64,000 nt of DNA from the NCBI GenBank assembly GCA_951406725.2, contig OX597822.1, positions 56,110,001 through 56,174,000 on the forward strand, read 5' to 3'. Below the pieces are notes generated by a model. The model saw only the letters and a list, made by a program, of their open reading frames with translations. It was not told the DNA's origin and did not search any database. The stretch's first letter is position 1; the number at the start of each line of letters is the position of its first letter. Shown here in pieces: positions 12,712-27,548 of this stretch. Source of the stretch: Octopus vulgaris (lineage: Eukaryota). The translations under genes were made by a program, and so were the position numbers.

Positions 12712-14885
12712 TACTGGTTGATTGCACTGATCTATAAATAAACGGCAGTGCATACAAATGAATATAATAATAAAGTATATGATGAACAACTCCGAACAAG
12801 GTCAAGAATACTATTTTACTGTAGTTTCTTCCAAATTGTTCCGGAAGAAATTTGATGGAGCATTGCATATACATAAAGTATTTAATGGATTGAGAGATAA
12901 AGCTACTTACAAATATCTTACGAAATACCATTGAGTTTCCGTAAGACTCGTAGCTCTCCTTATGGAACTACAGATGTTGTATGACGTATTTAGAATGAAG
13001 TACATGAATCACGTAATAGAAATAATTACAAGACACATGTACTTGAGTCAAATAATTGTTAAGTAATAGAGTCGAGTGCATGAATCGCATAATATAGAAT
13101 AAATTCTTGAGTGGATTGTATTGATTTTTACCTTTCTCTCTTCATAGTTTGTATATTTGAGCCGAATTTAGATAGCAACATTATCCTCCGTTTTATACTA
13201 TTATTACAACAGAGTCAGGGGTGGGCCGGGGATAGAATCAGAACAACGAATAAAAATGCTATGCTTTCATGCACTATGCAGCTATGTTTCACAATGTCCT
13301 GGCCCCAAATTCCAAATTGATCCTTCTTTTTGCTTTTCTTCCTTACATAACCAATGTAAGAAAGAACTGCCAGGTATATAATATAACAGGCACTGTTATA
13401 AACCTGGAAGTAACTGCTAGGTATATAATATAACAGGTACTGAGAAGAACTAGACTGCTCCCTCCACCTAAATTTATAGCTTTCTGTCAACGTTGAATAT
13501 GATTTTAATATCAGAATCAATAGTGGTTCGGGCTAAATGTCTTCTAGTATTTATCATATAGCCCTCCGTTCTGAATTCTTTGATTTTCATCTTTGTCGGA
13601 ATCGATAAATCAAGTGCGTGTGATATACCAAAATGTTAACCTTTGTAATAATGTTACGAACTAATAAGTATGTCGGGCAGCTGGGGAAGTATGTTAGCTC
13701 AAATGGAAAATTAGTGAGCGATATCGTTACTACTTACAGATTTAAAATAGGACAGTTACTGGTCTGTTGAATGTCGCAGGGAGATTAACATGAAAAAAGC
13801 TGTAACTCGCGACAGAACAAATACGACAAAGGGCTTCATTTGAAGTGCTCTAGTTGATCGATATACGTCGATGAAATATAGAAACACACACACACCCACA
13901 CACACACACACACACACAAGCACACACAAGCACACTCACACGCTCGCATGCGCACGAACACACAAATATGTATATACAGCTAACAGCTTTCTTTTTTAGA
14001 CATGTATTAACGTACTGATTATACAACTCTGTTCTAGTTTTATCGATTTTCGTAGAATAATAACTATTTGTATTTTCATATGACCCCAGAACAGTAAAAT
14101 TCTCAAACCTATCATAGAAGTTTTTAGACTTTTCGTGGCTTATCTTGAAGCTGAGGTGTTGTTAGCCTATTTGTCTGACTCTTTATAGAAAGCAGGTCAA
14201 TGAGATTTGTCCAAGCGTTAATGCTGGAATTTGAAATTTGATCGTTAGATTTACATACCTTCAGTCAAGCCCTTAATTTTGCTTGCGATTAATGTATGTC
14301 TATCTGTTTATTTTTGTACTATGCTGTATTATAGGTAACACTTCTATCATTAATTATTTATTTTTGCGGGGATATCAGTAGAGTATAAATATGTTGTCCA
14401 CTAATGTTTTTATGTCAGGTTTTGTTTTGTATTTTATGAAAATTGATCTTTCTTTTAATGATTGATGAACTGGCGGCTCTATGCCATATTTGTATGGCAA
14501 TCAATGTTTGGTTGGAATCTAATTTTTAGAACATATATACATACACTTGTGCGCATATATATATATATATAAAATTAATAAGTATTTATGTACAACACAT
14601 AGTGGTTAAAAAACATAAAAATTTAAACTAGATAAAGTACAGTATCTAAAGCTTTCGATGTGAAACTCTAAACAAATGTAAATACACTTATTATTCTCTT
14701 GGCAAACGAAGATAGAAAGGAATTTGTTCTTTAATGTTTCATGTGGGCTTCCGCACAGTTTTCGCCAGCTGATTTCTATGTATAGGTATTGTACAATTAG
14801 TGAATATAGCAAAAGATACTTTCCTATGATACCGAGCAGTAGGAACAAACCCGGAGTCATATGGTTGCAAAGCAAACATTATATA

Positions 14886-15116
14886 TTTCTTAATTGCCCA
14901 GAGGGGGTTAAACATAGAGGGGGACAAACAAGGACAGACATAGGTATTAATTCGATTACATCAACCCCAGTGCGTAACTGGTATTTATTTAATCGACCCC
15001 GAAAGGATGAAAGGCAAAGTCGACCTCGGCGGAGTTTGAACTCAGAACGTTACGGCAGACGAAATACAGCTCAGCATTTCGACCGGCGTGCTAACGATTC
15101 TGCCAGCTCGCCGCCC
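14886..15116 (-). mobile_element. tRNA-derived SINE family B, full copy with 16-bp TSD
   Basis: Minus strand reads GGCGGCGAGCTGGCAGAATCGTTAGC...GTTCTGAGTTCAAACTCC...GCCTTTCATCCTTTCGGGGTCG (MetaSINE-like central domain, recalled). Flanked by CAAAGCAAACATTATA at 14868-14883 and 15120-15135. Confidence 0.85.
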
Positions 15117-16115
15117 TTACAAAGCAAACATTATAAGCGCCCAACAATGCTTCTGTTTGTTGTTTGTTGCAGTTGGTTAGATTACCATTGAACGACACTC
15201 CGGTGAATCCCATCATTTCAATTTTAGATTCATTTGAAAATATTAAAGTAAATCATTCCTTAGAAATCACTCATTGCTGCTCTTATTGCTCACAGAGAAC
15301 AGTAGCAGGAATCCTGAAGTGCGTATTAACACCTAAGTGGTGCAAATTATTGAGCCTTATAAGTCATTATTACGTACACAACACAGCACTAATAACAGAA
15401 CATAAACACCTTTTTCCTTTCTTCACAATGAAAGCCTCATCAATTACGACAATCACGAACAAAACTCTTTAACATTATCTAGGGTTATGATATACCAGAA
15501 ATGTCTCTACTACGAGTTATAATATGCTTGAATTGTTTCATAATGGAGAAAACAAATGCAACGTAACTGCGTAGATAATGTGTTGCACCGTATGCTCCTT
15601 TGTCAAGTATTAAAAAAAATCTGCGATTGTTTTTTTTCTTCCCTTTTGAGCAGAAGACTTAGGTAAAATTATCTTAGTTTATATATCTGTCCGGCATACA
15701 TATCAGAACAATCTGGAAACCTTCAACTTCAGAGTGGCGTCAATCAGCCGTGTGTGTCTACCATTTTGCCATTTGATTCAAATTCCCGTTCCGTTTTATT
15801 TATTTATTTATATATTTTATACTACAGATGTCGAGAATTCACCTTGTTGTTTAGGCTTGCCACAAACCGATTACTGGTCTACTGCAGTTCTGGCAGGGAA
15901 GATGACAACGAAGTGTCTGTAACTCGGTATGTCAAATATGTATAAGTACTTTGCTCAAAGTGCCCTGGTTTCCTCGTCAATGTAAGCATGTAAACATTGA
16001 CGTGAAAACCGTGGAAACCAATATATATTGGTAAGGACACATGACTAGATAGTTAGATTGATTGGTACGTGATACATAAATGCCTGACATACATACATAC
16101 AAACAGACAAAATGA

Positions 16116-16176
<61 letters not shown>

Positions 16177-16177
16177 G

Positions 16178-16270
<93 letters not shown>

Positions 16271-17249
16271 AAGCTACCGACATGTTCAGAGTTTCTGTCT
16301 ATCGAAATTTGTTCAACATAAGGATGATGTCAGAGCTTGCATGGAATAGCTGGCGTATAAAACAATCTTATTTCATGCTAAAGCCCTATTTCAGAAAGTA
16401 ACTACCAGAAGGTGAATATCTTCAACAACCACGAGGGGCATTTCAGCAATTCGAGAAAACAATTATTTCCAACACAAACTGGAAAATCGGGAACAATACA
16501 TAATCTAGTTTTGGGAAATTATTCTGTAGATTCACCTCCCGAAGAACCTACTAATGTGTCACTGATCCATTTACACGTTTAGAAATGACATCGATTTTTT
16601 TTTAAAGCTAACTACTTTCTTGTTCCTATTATATTGAAGAATCTTGTTTTACTAACTGCCGGAGTGATAAGCGACAAAATTAATCCAACAACAGGTGATA
16701 CTAAAATAGCTATCATATAACTTACAGATCCCATCTTCCTTGCTTATTACACTTCATGCCCTCCTACATTAGTGCAGAAAACGAAGATTTTGATACTATT
16801 TCAAGCTTATAGTTTTAGAATGCAGCTACAAGCAGAAATAGTATAATTTTCCTTTAATCTACCTTTTCCTACGTAAGGATTAAGAGTTGAGAACATTTTG
16901 TTGGTGAGTTTAATTATAATACGAGAGTATTGCAGTAATGCAAAAGTGACCGTAATTTTTTATTAACTGACATAGATTGTTTAAATTGCACCAACAAGTA
17001 GATTAACTCTTTGTCTATACAAATATACTACTCACCATCACAAGCTATGCATTTGCACCGTCGTTGAGCCCAACTTACATTTTCCATGAAATTATTTCAG
17101 GTAATACGGTTGTATGTACATGTCGTACCTACTTTACAGCCATTTTGACCCCGACTATCCTTGTCTACGAAGACTGTACCTCGTTAGACCGAACAAGTGG
17201 AAGTCGGACCGTGTCAGATTCGGACTGTACAATTGACAGGGGACCACTG

Positions 17250-17620
17250 ACCAGCCTAATTTGCTGACTGCCTGTTTTGTTATTGCGGGTGGTCATGTAT
17301 TGTCATGGTCAATATGAATTAGATTCTTGTTTGAGTTTTCCCCCCTAGTGACTTTGCTAAGCGTTTTGAGTGTCTAGGGTGTACTGCTCGCTATTCATGG
17401 TACAATCACTTTCCAAAACTCGAAGTCAATTTCCAAAACACAGCCACCGTTACTTTCGTTCCATCTTGAACTTTGACCTTGGAGAAGAGATGTGACGCCA
17501 TTGCATAAACTGAGCGTTCATTTGCCTCTACGTTTCAACACTCTACGTTTCTAGAGAGGAAAAAAACTGCCGTCAATTAGCTTCAGATGCTTCCAGAAAA
17601 TCAGAGTAAGATTCACCACT
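17250..17620 (-). mobile_element. Highly degenerate mariner catalytic-domain remnant
   Basis: Minus-strand fragments KVTVAVFW and IHIDHDNT resemble the KVMxxVFW and HDNARPH motifs. Confidence 0.35.
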
Positions 17621-19599
17621 CTCTCATGCACAACGGGTATCAACTGCCGAGCTACCCACTTTTCGTAGACTTCCCAAATCAAATTCTTCCACCGTTTCTA
17701 AAGCATTGTGATCATTTGTAGATCGCATTGCTAGTTTAAATTGCAGTCACGTGTTTTGGGGTTAAGTCCCACGGCATCTTGGACATAAGCTTTTTGCTAT
17801 AGTCTAATGCCTTGTGAGTGAATTTGGTTGACGGAAACTGTATGGACACCCAACTTATATATGCGTGTATGCTTGTTTATGTGCGAATGTGCCTTTGTGT
17901 TTGTGCCTGTCCCATCACCGCTTCGCAACTGGTATTGGTTTGCTTCCATTCTCATAACATAGCTTCAGCAAAAGAGACCAATAGAATAAGTATCAAACTT
18001 CAAAGTAAGTGCTAAGATTGATTTCTGCAACTAAACCCTTCAAGACGGTGCCCTAGCATGGCTGCAGAACAATGACTGAAACAAGTAAAAGGTTAAAAAG
18101 TTTGGATCTATATTACATACTAAATACATGTAATCGTAACAAAGAGGATATGCAAATTCTTGATAAAATAGTGGCAACAAAAAACAAAAAAATTAGGAGT
18201 TATAGCTGTTAAAAAGTCAAAACTGAACAATCGTTTATTTTCTTTCGATACAAGGAATGATTCTAGTCGTGGATGTGTTTCGGTTTTATTCTGGCCTTAT
18301 CATTATATTTAATTAATTTACTTAAGCCTCCAAAGGATATTAGTTTTCTTCATACAATACTATTTTCTTAAATTTGCCCTTCGTTGTACTTTGTATTCTA
18401 TTCATCATATTCTCAGAATATTTTAACAGTTTTTCTATACAATTCTTAATGTTTAACTATATAAATATAATAGGATATTATTTCGACATCAAATAGCGTT
18501 AAGGATCTACTAACGTAAGAGAGGAATCAAAGGAGTTCACAGATATGAAATGGTTGAGAGCAACTGTTCTAAACTTCCTTGGAATACATTGATTTGTTTA
18601 AATTCGTTTAGAAAATAATAAAGAATTTAATAAAATAACTGTCATTATTAAGCTGACTTTTGGACATAAATTAACATGAAATTTTCCTGGAAGGCATATA
18701 TTTGGATTACTTTAAGACAGGAAATTTGAGCCATGGAATCAGGGACAGTCTCGCGTGGGTTGGTATCAAAAGAGTTAAATACACATTAAGGTTTTCTATA
18801 GAACAGCGACGTATAACACCAGTATCCAACTATTTGATCTCTTCCCGATGTTCTTTTCTTTATACAGCTTGCTCACATCTTTGGAGTAAGTTTCAAAGTT
18901 GTTTATATAATATTTAACGTTGATGTTCATACATTTGTCTTTCTTGCTTGTACCAAGTCCTGATGTATATATGTAAGTACTTATAAACATATTCATGTAA
19001 GTACTTATAAACATATTCATACATGCACCTATGTAACGCTGTATGTACGTTTTTTGTGGAATTTACGTGATAGTTTTTTCTGGAATCTAGGCGATGGTTT
19101 ACGTAAAATTCACACCGGTTGCTAACAAAGTGACAAAGCGATTTTTGTTTTATTGAAGATAATGCCAGGTATTTGTGAATTTGTGAGTTAATGCATATTT
19201 ATATGTGAAGTATGTATGGATATATTTGCAATCATCCAATTGGTGAAATGTCTCTTCAGAATTCGAGTGTGATTGCTTTATATGTTTGTATTCTTGTACC
19301 CATGAACATACGTATATAAGTACATATGTATGTATTCCATATGTATGTATGCATTCCATTTGCTCAGGTCTGTATATGTCCATTCCAGTTAACTCAATTT
19401 TAGAATTTGTGAAATATCTTACAAATGATCATAATGCGATAACATTGGAAAATCATAGAATTAACAAGATTTATGATAAACTGATCTTATATAACTCATT
19501 GTACCTATGATGATACGCACAAGTACTAATCTATAGTTAAGACATGAAAATCATAATTTTAGATTTTCGATTTTTGTGTATGCACTCAATAACAGGGGT

Positions 19600-20690
19600 A
19601 TTCTCAATATTTCTTTAAGGACTGGTTTTTTTTACCGAATGGCAGTGCACAGTAGTTTTGCGACAACGTCATGTCGCATAGGGAGGTAAAACTTTGATGA
19701 CATTTTTGGGCAGCTGCTAATGACCTGCATGATGTCGTCCTCAGAAATATGACATAATCTACGTTTTTGGTTGCAATGGCTTCACTGCCTCTATTGTTTA
19801 ATAAGTATTTCGCAGCAATCTTGTGTTACTGGATTGCAAATGCACAACATTCGAAGTGTGATGTGATATAGTGGTCTCGAGTCCAATATGGACATGAAGA
19901 TGCAGACTAATTAAGAATCCTAAATTATGGAATCAGCACTGAAAATGAATTGTGGAATGTTGTCTTATTGTAAGAGGAGAGTTCTGGCTGCCATATTTTT
20001 CTAAGTCTAGTTTAACATTCTCGGGTCACTCTATCTTTATTCATGGTACCTTCGTGTGATATTTTCATGAATCCCTAGTTACCTGTAACATTTTTTTGTA
20101 GGACAGGAACAATAGTGAGACCATTGATGCACAGATTTTGGGTCGATGGTAGTGGAGGCATTGATTTTGCATATTCAGCAATCAAATATGGACATTTCTT
20201 TTGGTCAAATTCCATTCATATATCAGTTGAAAATGTTATTAATTCCAGTTGTATTTTGATATTATTAAAATTTTTAACATAGAAATGAAATTATGGGTTA
20301 CAATAAAAACTCTAGCACCTGCAGACCCTAGCATATAGACATTTGATTCTAGTGGCAGGAATGATAATGGACTGAATGCCAAAATGAAAAGAATTACTGA
20401 AAGATTATCTCCTTTGAATTTTCCCTTTGAAATATTTATAACATCGGAGACGATTGTCCCGCTCTCAGTTCTAAATGTAAAATTGTTGCTCAGGTCTTTG
20501 GGAACCTTTCAATGGCAGCAATTAAGGTAGCAGACACATTTTCCAAATGATACTTCGGCAATCATGTGTGGGGAACGGAGTGGAACGCTTTCCTACAATT
20601 AAGCTATACTGTTGTAAGGCTCCTACAGTGTTTTTTCCACTTCAGACAGTACAGCTTTGTTTGTGAAAAGTTGTTCGGCGCATCCCCATA
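19600..20690 (-). mobile_element. Possible degenerate hAT transposase remnant
   Basis: Non-microsatellite coding-like stretch with only weak resemblance to ZMYM1-like hAT proteins and many stops. Confidence 0.25.
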
Positions 20691-20871
20691 CTCCATTCCT
20701 TCCTCCTGCATGTAAATATGTATGTACGAATGTTTGAGAGCACATGTATTCATGCGCACTTATGTATTGCACGTTTGAATCTTCGTTTTGTCTTATATGC
20801 GTACATTAATGTTTTCATTTCAATGTATGTACATATAATTGTAAGCAGACTGACGTACATACATGCAAGCA

Positions 20872-20924
<53 letters not shown>

Positions 20925-20932
20925 ACACACAT

Positions 20933-20979
<47 letters not shown>

Positions 20980-21934
20980 TAGATAGATAGATAGATACAT
21001 ACATACATACATACATACATACATACATACATACATACATACATACATTCATACATACATAGTGTGTGAGAGAGAAAGAAAGAGGGAGGGAGAGAGAGAG
21101 TAAGAAAGAGAGAGGGAGAGAGAGAGAGAGAGAGAAAGAGATAGGAATGTACTTATTGTACGTTAAATTTCTGGTATATTCAACGTATTTTCACACTGCG
21201 GTTCATGACATGCTATAATCTTTTAATTATATGTGTTGACTCTGGATTTGTGACACCCAACTTCCCTATTCAGGTACTATTAACAATGAAATAGCTATTT
21301 ACGTGTCCGCGTACCCCAATATTTATTGATAAAAACGGGAGCTTGTTAAACAAGTTATTGCAGAATTAGTTCAACAATAATGTCTTTATTATTTATTTAT
21401 TCTTCCTTTTTCACTAATCTTCAACATCAACTTTGCTTCTTCTGGGTAAATGAATTCCACTATTACACATCTCGTATGCATGTATTGATTACTCGATTAT
21501 TAATGGAATTCTTGCAGTGATTTCAGACAGCATACGTTGTTGTTCACACAATTTCTCTTCTCATATTTAGGATTGCCGCTCAGTACTCAAGGCTACCAAA
21601 ACAACAAAACACTTGTTGATTGTACACAAGAAACACTGAGAGTATCTTCAGATGCTCGCAACAGTGAATCATAATAAAGCAATTGTGATTTAAAATTTTC
21701 TGTCAGAGATACTGAGGAGTTGCTCAGACAGAATACAAACTGTTTAACCTCCAGCCATTTGGTGCTTTCGTTATGTGAATAGCTTTGTTTAATATGGAAA
21801 ATGAATTGTAGAAATATTCATGTCAAACAGTGGTTCTAATGCAGCACGAAGTAGTACTTCCAATGCTCATGAAATACTTTAGGGACACTAGTTTAATACA
21901 AGATTACATGTAAAGTTGAATCTCCTTTAATTCA

Positions 21935-22166
21935 TATTTCTTTATTGCCCACAAGGGGCTAAACATAAGGGGACAAACAAGGACAGACAAAGAGATTAAG
22001 TCAATTATATCGACCCCAGAGCGCAACTGGTACTTAATTTATCGACCCCGAAAGGATGAAAGGCAAAGTCGACATCGGCGTAATTTGAACTCAGAACGTA
22101 AAGACAGACGAAACACCACCAAGTATTTCGCCCGGCGTGCTAACGATTCTGCCAGCTTGCCGCCCT
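21935..22166 (-). mobile_element. SINE family B, full copy with ~13-bp TSD
   Basis: Near-identical to 14886-15116. Flanks are TCTCCTTTAATTC and TCTTCTTTAATTC. Confidence 0.85.
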
Positions 22167-22509
22167 ATCTTCTTTAATTCTGGCTGTCATATTATAATGC
22201 AATATCTCGGTACTGAACCTGTTAGGTACCATATTAAGTTATGAGTGATGTAACTTTGTGTTGTTATTGATGACTCTTTCTACTATAGACACATGACATG
22301 AAATGTTGGAGGATGGCGCTTGACGATTACCCCGATTCCCAAATGAAAAAAGAGAAATAATAAAAAACAAAGTCGACCTCAGACCACAGCGCTGCTTGGA
22401 ATCACTCGAATACTCCGGAAGGTGCTCTAAAAATAAGAAGCGTTACCTTAGTTCACTGGTATTGAATAACTGACACTGTAGTACATCTCCAGCGTTAGCT
22501 GTGCAAAGG

Positions 22510-22545
22510 CAATAATAATAATAATAAGAAGAAGAAGAATAAGAA

Positions 22546-22576
<31 letters not shown>

Positions 22577-22602
22577 AAGAAGAAGAAGAAGAAGAAGAAG
22601 AA

Positions 22603-22657
<55 letters not shown>
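22510..22657. repeat. Compound (TAA)n/(GAA)n trinucleotide microsatellite
   Basis: Direct reading. Other triplet tracts: (CTG/CTA)n 28755-28850, (TTC/TTG)n 35735-35880, (TTA)n 41870-41920 and 56700-56758. Confidence 0.95.
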
Positions 22658-22658
<1 letters not shown>

Positions 22659-22659
22659 C

Positions 22660-23210
22660 TCTGATTCAATACCAGGCACTGATTCTCATGGATTCCTATC
22701 TTAACTGATTGCAGGTGTTATCATATATACGTCTTGTCTTGATATAAAAGATGGGATACAGCAAATATCCTGCTCAATACTAGATATTTACTAGTCAGTT
22801 GTTTGATCTAAACTGGTTTAACATGTCCCTTGGTGGCTGACAATGTGTACATTTCTGATCAAAAGCAGAAGTAGTGGGGGAGCATCATAACCTGGTGTTG
22901 AGAGAAATTTTTCGGAGTTTGAATAATTTACTCCTGGATTCATGAGTGTTTTGCTCAACATCCTTAAACAACACTTTTTCAGGGACCTTTTGAGCGGAAT
23001 CGGCTACTCGATCTTAAGAAAATTGCAAATTCATGCGCTGTTTCCCTTGATATGAGATCACCATGTCACGCGCATATGTTTGTTGTGCATGTGCCTGGTG
23101 TACCCTTATCAGACTGGTAGTCATGATGGATATACTGGCTTTCGTGTATTTATATCCCAGTGCCATGTTTGATGGCATGCGCTGCTCTCTCACTCAATAA
23201 TAATAATAAT
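22660..23210 (+). mobile_element. Interspersed retroposon 3' part ending in a (TAA)n tail
   Basis: Its 3' end (...GATGGCATGCGCTGCTCTCTCACTCAATAATAAT) recurs in reverse complement at 56755-56880. Confidence 0.55.
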
Positions 23211-24291
23211 TTTCGTTGCTATTGTCACAGGGCCCGAAATTTTGGAGAAAGTGGCTGGTCTGTTACATTGATCTCAAGGCTGAAAGGTACTTATTTCATC
23301 GACTCTGAAGTACTGAAAAGCAAAGTCGACCTCCAGGTATTTTGAACTGAGAACGCAAAGACAAATGAAATGCTGTATAGTATTTGTCCTGGCTCTTTAT
23401 GTTCTGTTTTAAAATACTCTCCAGGTGAAGTTGTCGTCTCAGCCTGTACTAGTTGTAGTCAGAAACACTGATTGGTGGAATGGCAAAGAGAAGGCACATA
23501 TTTTCGCAAATGCAAGCAAACATTTGTAGACTAAGCGCAGTGACTAATACTCTGAAAGTTGACAATATATTAGTAAGGCCTTGGCAAAAATATCTTGCCC
23601 ATGATGACCTAGTTTCGATTTGTCTGAGTACTTTATATACGCTGAAAAATTATAGAAATCAGACATTTATCCTGATTCCCTATATCTACAAGTTTAAAGA
23701 TTTATGTGTATAACTTGCCAGCCATTTTCGGAAAATCAGCTACATATTTATTACGGAACAAAACTGAAGGATAATATATTAAATGTAATTAATCCTAATA
23801 CTTTAAGCGTCTTTTCAAAAGACTTATTGGTGATTTGTGTTAAAATTAATGTATTAACAATAAATGATTGTCGTGAATCTTAAGTGTATCAAATAAGCAG
23901 ATATTTAAATGCTATTATCAAATTATTTTACTTGCCAAACAAATAAAGATAATTTTCAAAGGATTTATATTTCTATCACCGCATTTCAATCAAATATTGT
24001 CCAACAATCGGATAACATGATAGTGATTTGTTAAACTGAAATTATGAAAACTCCAGATCGAATCACATGATTTATCGCTTTATTCATTTAATGATCTCAG
24101 TTATTGTTTAGTGGCCATACTCGAGTACCACTTTCCAGACTTTGCGCCGGTCATATTGACCTCTGTTTTGTACTTTGTTAGTGAAGTTATTGAACTTAGA
24201 AGAGGACGAAATGTAAAACTCACCGAACATAAACAAAGGAATCTACTGATAAGTGTATTTGTTCGATGGTACCCTCATTCGCTCACACACA

Positions 24292-24354
<63 letters not shown>

Positions 24355-24357
24355 TTA

Positions 24358-24665
24358 CGAGGAGATACCCAAAAGTAACTGGAAACCTTCTATGTGGTAC
24401 AAATCCGTTGTCGTTCATAATGTTATTGGAGGGAAAATTTTACAATTGCAATTTCAACTTCGTAAAACGTATAAATATGAACGTTGATTCTCACAAAAAA
24501 TGAGTTAGACATTTCAGCCATCAGACGGGTTGAGAGAAGAAAATGGAATAACTGATTCATGATTGGTGTACGATCTTTCAAGCATAAGAACCTGATCACT
24601 GATCTGCATTGCATCGGCCGCAAATGACAGACAAATACTAGTGGAAATCTTTAATGAACACCCTT
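24358..24665. mobile_element. Internally deleted mariner derivative
   Basis: Left end TA-CGAGGAGATACCCAAAAGTAA. Minus-strand peptide QCRSVIRFLCLKDRTP is typical of a mariner N-terminus. Confidence 0.45.
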
Positions 24666-25489
24666 TTTATATTCGGTTGTAAACTTAGATTACTAGAACA
24701 AAACCACTTTGTTGCAACTGTATTTTACTATTGTAGACTGTCATGTAATTTAATAACTGGCATTCGTCTTAAATATGTTATGACCTCTTGAAATAATACA
24801 GAGAGTATCAGTAGCAATCTACTTCTACTCTCCTGACTTGAAAGGTATATTTGAATTCAGTTCAACAACCTAACGAAACACAACGTCATTTATGCAAAAC
24901 TGAAGCCACACGTTGTGGCACATCAGGAAATATTTTCTTCTTTACGCGAGTTCGTTATGAAAGAAGAGTAGAATTAATCACCATTTATAGAGGCTTTGAG
25001 ACAGAAGTGTGTGATCAGGTCACCTATTTCATTCTCAGATGAAATATTGCGACCTAATGTCAGTTGGATTTGTTAAATAGGCCAACGAATTAAGTTTAGC
25101 ACCAAAGAAGTTGAGCAGTCCCATCTAAAGGATTAAATATAACTAAAGCGTATTTCAACAAATTTATCTCACAAGTCTTTCCCGAATCGCAATCTATGTT
25201 ATAATAATTCGATCATTTTGCTATGCAGTAATATTGAACACGAAACCAGGCAGTTATAAATGGAGAGAACATCTTAGATACACCGCTGCAACGGCGGCCA
25301 TGCATCAATAACCTCTGCATTGCTTTTGCTGTTGTTACAATAATGTGATGATTTAGCCACATGGATATCTTGATAACCTTTAAAAGAATTGTATAGAAGA
25401 GTGTCGCTTGATGGTCCATGACCGAGACAGAATCACAGACTTACATACAGTACTACAGCATAGTGAACCAGTACTACAGCTACACGACT

Positions 25490-26340
25490 TACTACGTACC
25501 AGATGTTAAGCTATTTTGATACAATAACACGAGCGGTTCCCAGCAGTGCTGTTTTCTGTAACTGCTCCACCATTATTGCAGCCCCTATTTGTTCCACGTA
25601 CTTCTCGAGATTTTTGCTCACTGTTCCCAGGCTCCGATAATTATTGGTAGTACTGCTACCTTTTTCATCGACCACAACTGCTTAACTTCCCAAGCTAACC
25701 TGTCTTATCTCTCGATTTTTCTTCTTCCTTATCGTATATGGGAATTGTCTACCATATAGCCTTTTTCGGTGTTTTTCAAGCACTGCACTGTCCTACTCAA
25801 TGTCAATAACTCTGGTGTTACTTGGACGGGATTTAACAAAGTGCTGACTTGCGCAGCTATTTGTGCATGACATTCCCTAAATCTTTTGATCCAGTAACCT
25901 TGAAATTCATTCGGACCCGAGGCCTTCCATTTACTAATTTTTTATTGATATCCTTCACTTCCCTAACTGAAATGACTAGTTCTACTTGTTTGGGGCAGAC
26001 GACTGTTTGCTTCAGTTCTTGCAACCATTAGGCATCCTTCTTGTACTCCTTGTCTCTGCTCCAAATGTCACCCCAAACCCTTTGAACTACATTGTTATCT
26101 GGTAACAACTTTTCATCTGTACACTCTCTATTTCTATATAGAATCTCTTCTGATATACTCTAAAAATCCTATTCTGGTGGTAAACCTTCATTTTTTTGGT
26201 CGTATCTTACTATCTTTGATTTCTTTGCAACGGGGTGCTGCTACAGTTCCTCCATTACCAATTTCGGGATCTTTATTTCAATATAATACTTCCTTTTCAG
26301 CGCCCTGTATTTAAGCTCCCCTTTCTCTTTCCAGTCTAAC
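25490..26340 (-). mobile_element. R4/Dong-clade (restriction-like endonuclease) LINE, internally deleted and degenerate
   Basis: Minus strand, read across frameshifts: YHQNRIFRVYQKRFY...WGDIWSRDKEYKKDA*WLQELK...WKASGPNEFQGYWIKRF, joined to the C-terminal LAWEVKQLWSMKKVAVLPIIIGALGTVSKNL...LQKTALLGTAR. Confidence 0.8.
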
Positions 26341-26591
26341 ACAGAAATTTCCTTCAAGAGCATATCTAACACTGTATTATATATATTTTATTTTTTATTT
26401 ATGATTTAGTTTATGTCTGTCATTGTTTGAATTGCATAATAGTGGTTTTTTTCTAGAACTAATTGCTTGGCAATTTTTAACATCTATGTATTAGTCTTGT
26501 TGGGTACCTATCTAGCAGTATATTGGATATATGTTATCCCATGGTGGGTTGAATCTTTGAACCCCTATCTCATTTTATATATATATATATA

Positions 26592-27454
26592 CAGGGTGCG
26601 GTGAATAAACTGTTGTCTGAATTACGTAAAACCGAAAATAACACGGAGATCTTATTTTAACAGATATATTTACCGAAATTATAAAAAAATATCTTGAAAT
26701 ACGAAAGAACAAATGTATTCAATAAAATCGACATTGGCTTCAACCACGACCTCCCATCAACTTCAGAATCTCCTGAAACTCTTCTGGTCGGTCTCTTTGT
26801 ATAAGTTCGTGATTACTGCAGTAATCCTTTGATGTTACAAGGAATTTTGTTGGTCTCTTGCACAACCGTGCCGCACGCATAATAATCACGGGGATTGCAG
26901 TCCGGGGAGTTATGTAGCCAAATGTTAGGGGTCGTTTGGTCTGACGGGAATGACTGTATTCTCCTGCTTGTGTGGCATGGCGCAGAGTCATGTTGCCAGG
27001 TATAGGATTTTCTAGTAGCCACTCTCTTGACCGAGAGCAACATTTCCTCCTCCACGCACTTTGTGTAGGCCTCCGTGTTAAGTATGACGCCTTGTGGGAA
27101 GATGAATGGAGGCATAACGTTGCCATCACTAGTGATCACTCCAAAAACCGTGATTTTGATAATATGTTTGATTTTTATCACTCTCGGTTCATGTCCTCAG
27201 ATTGCACTGTCCTCAGGTTGCCATCCAAACACTCTGAAATGTTCGTACTCGACCTTCCGGTAAAAATGCCAAGCAGTACAGCATGTCGTTTCCAAATTTT
27301 CCAGCAAAGTGAATTGAGTCATGGTGCAGTTTTTCTCACAAGACAGTTCCCAACTGACCCTACTACACTGTGTAGTCAGCAAAATCCAAGACAAACGATG
27401 TGCATGTACGAAATTAAAAACATAAAATATCGATAATTTACCTATCGCACGCTG
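26592..27454 (-). mobile_element. maT/DD37D-type Tc1-mariner element, deleted and degenerate
   Basis: TA-flanked imperfect TIRs CAGGGTGCGGTGAATAAA / TTTACCTATCGCACGCTG. Peptide FGVITSDGNVMPPFIF...WQHDSAPCHTSR...NSPDCNPRDYY. Confidence 0.8.
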
Positions 27455-27483
27455 TATACACACACACACACACACACACATAC

Positions 27484-27548
<65 letters not shown>
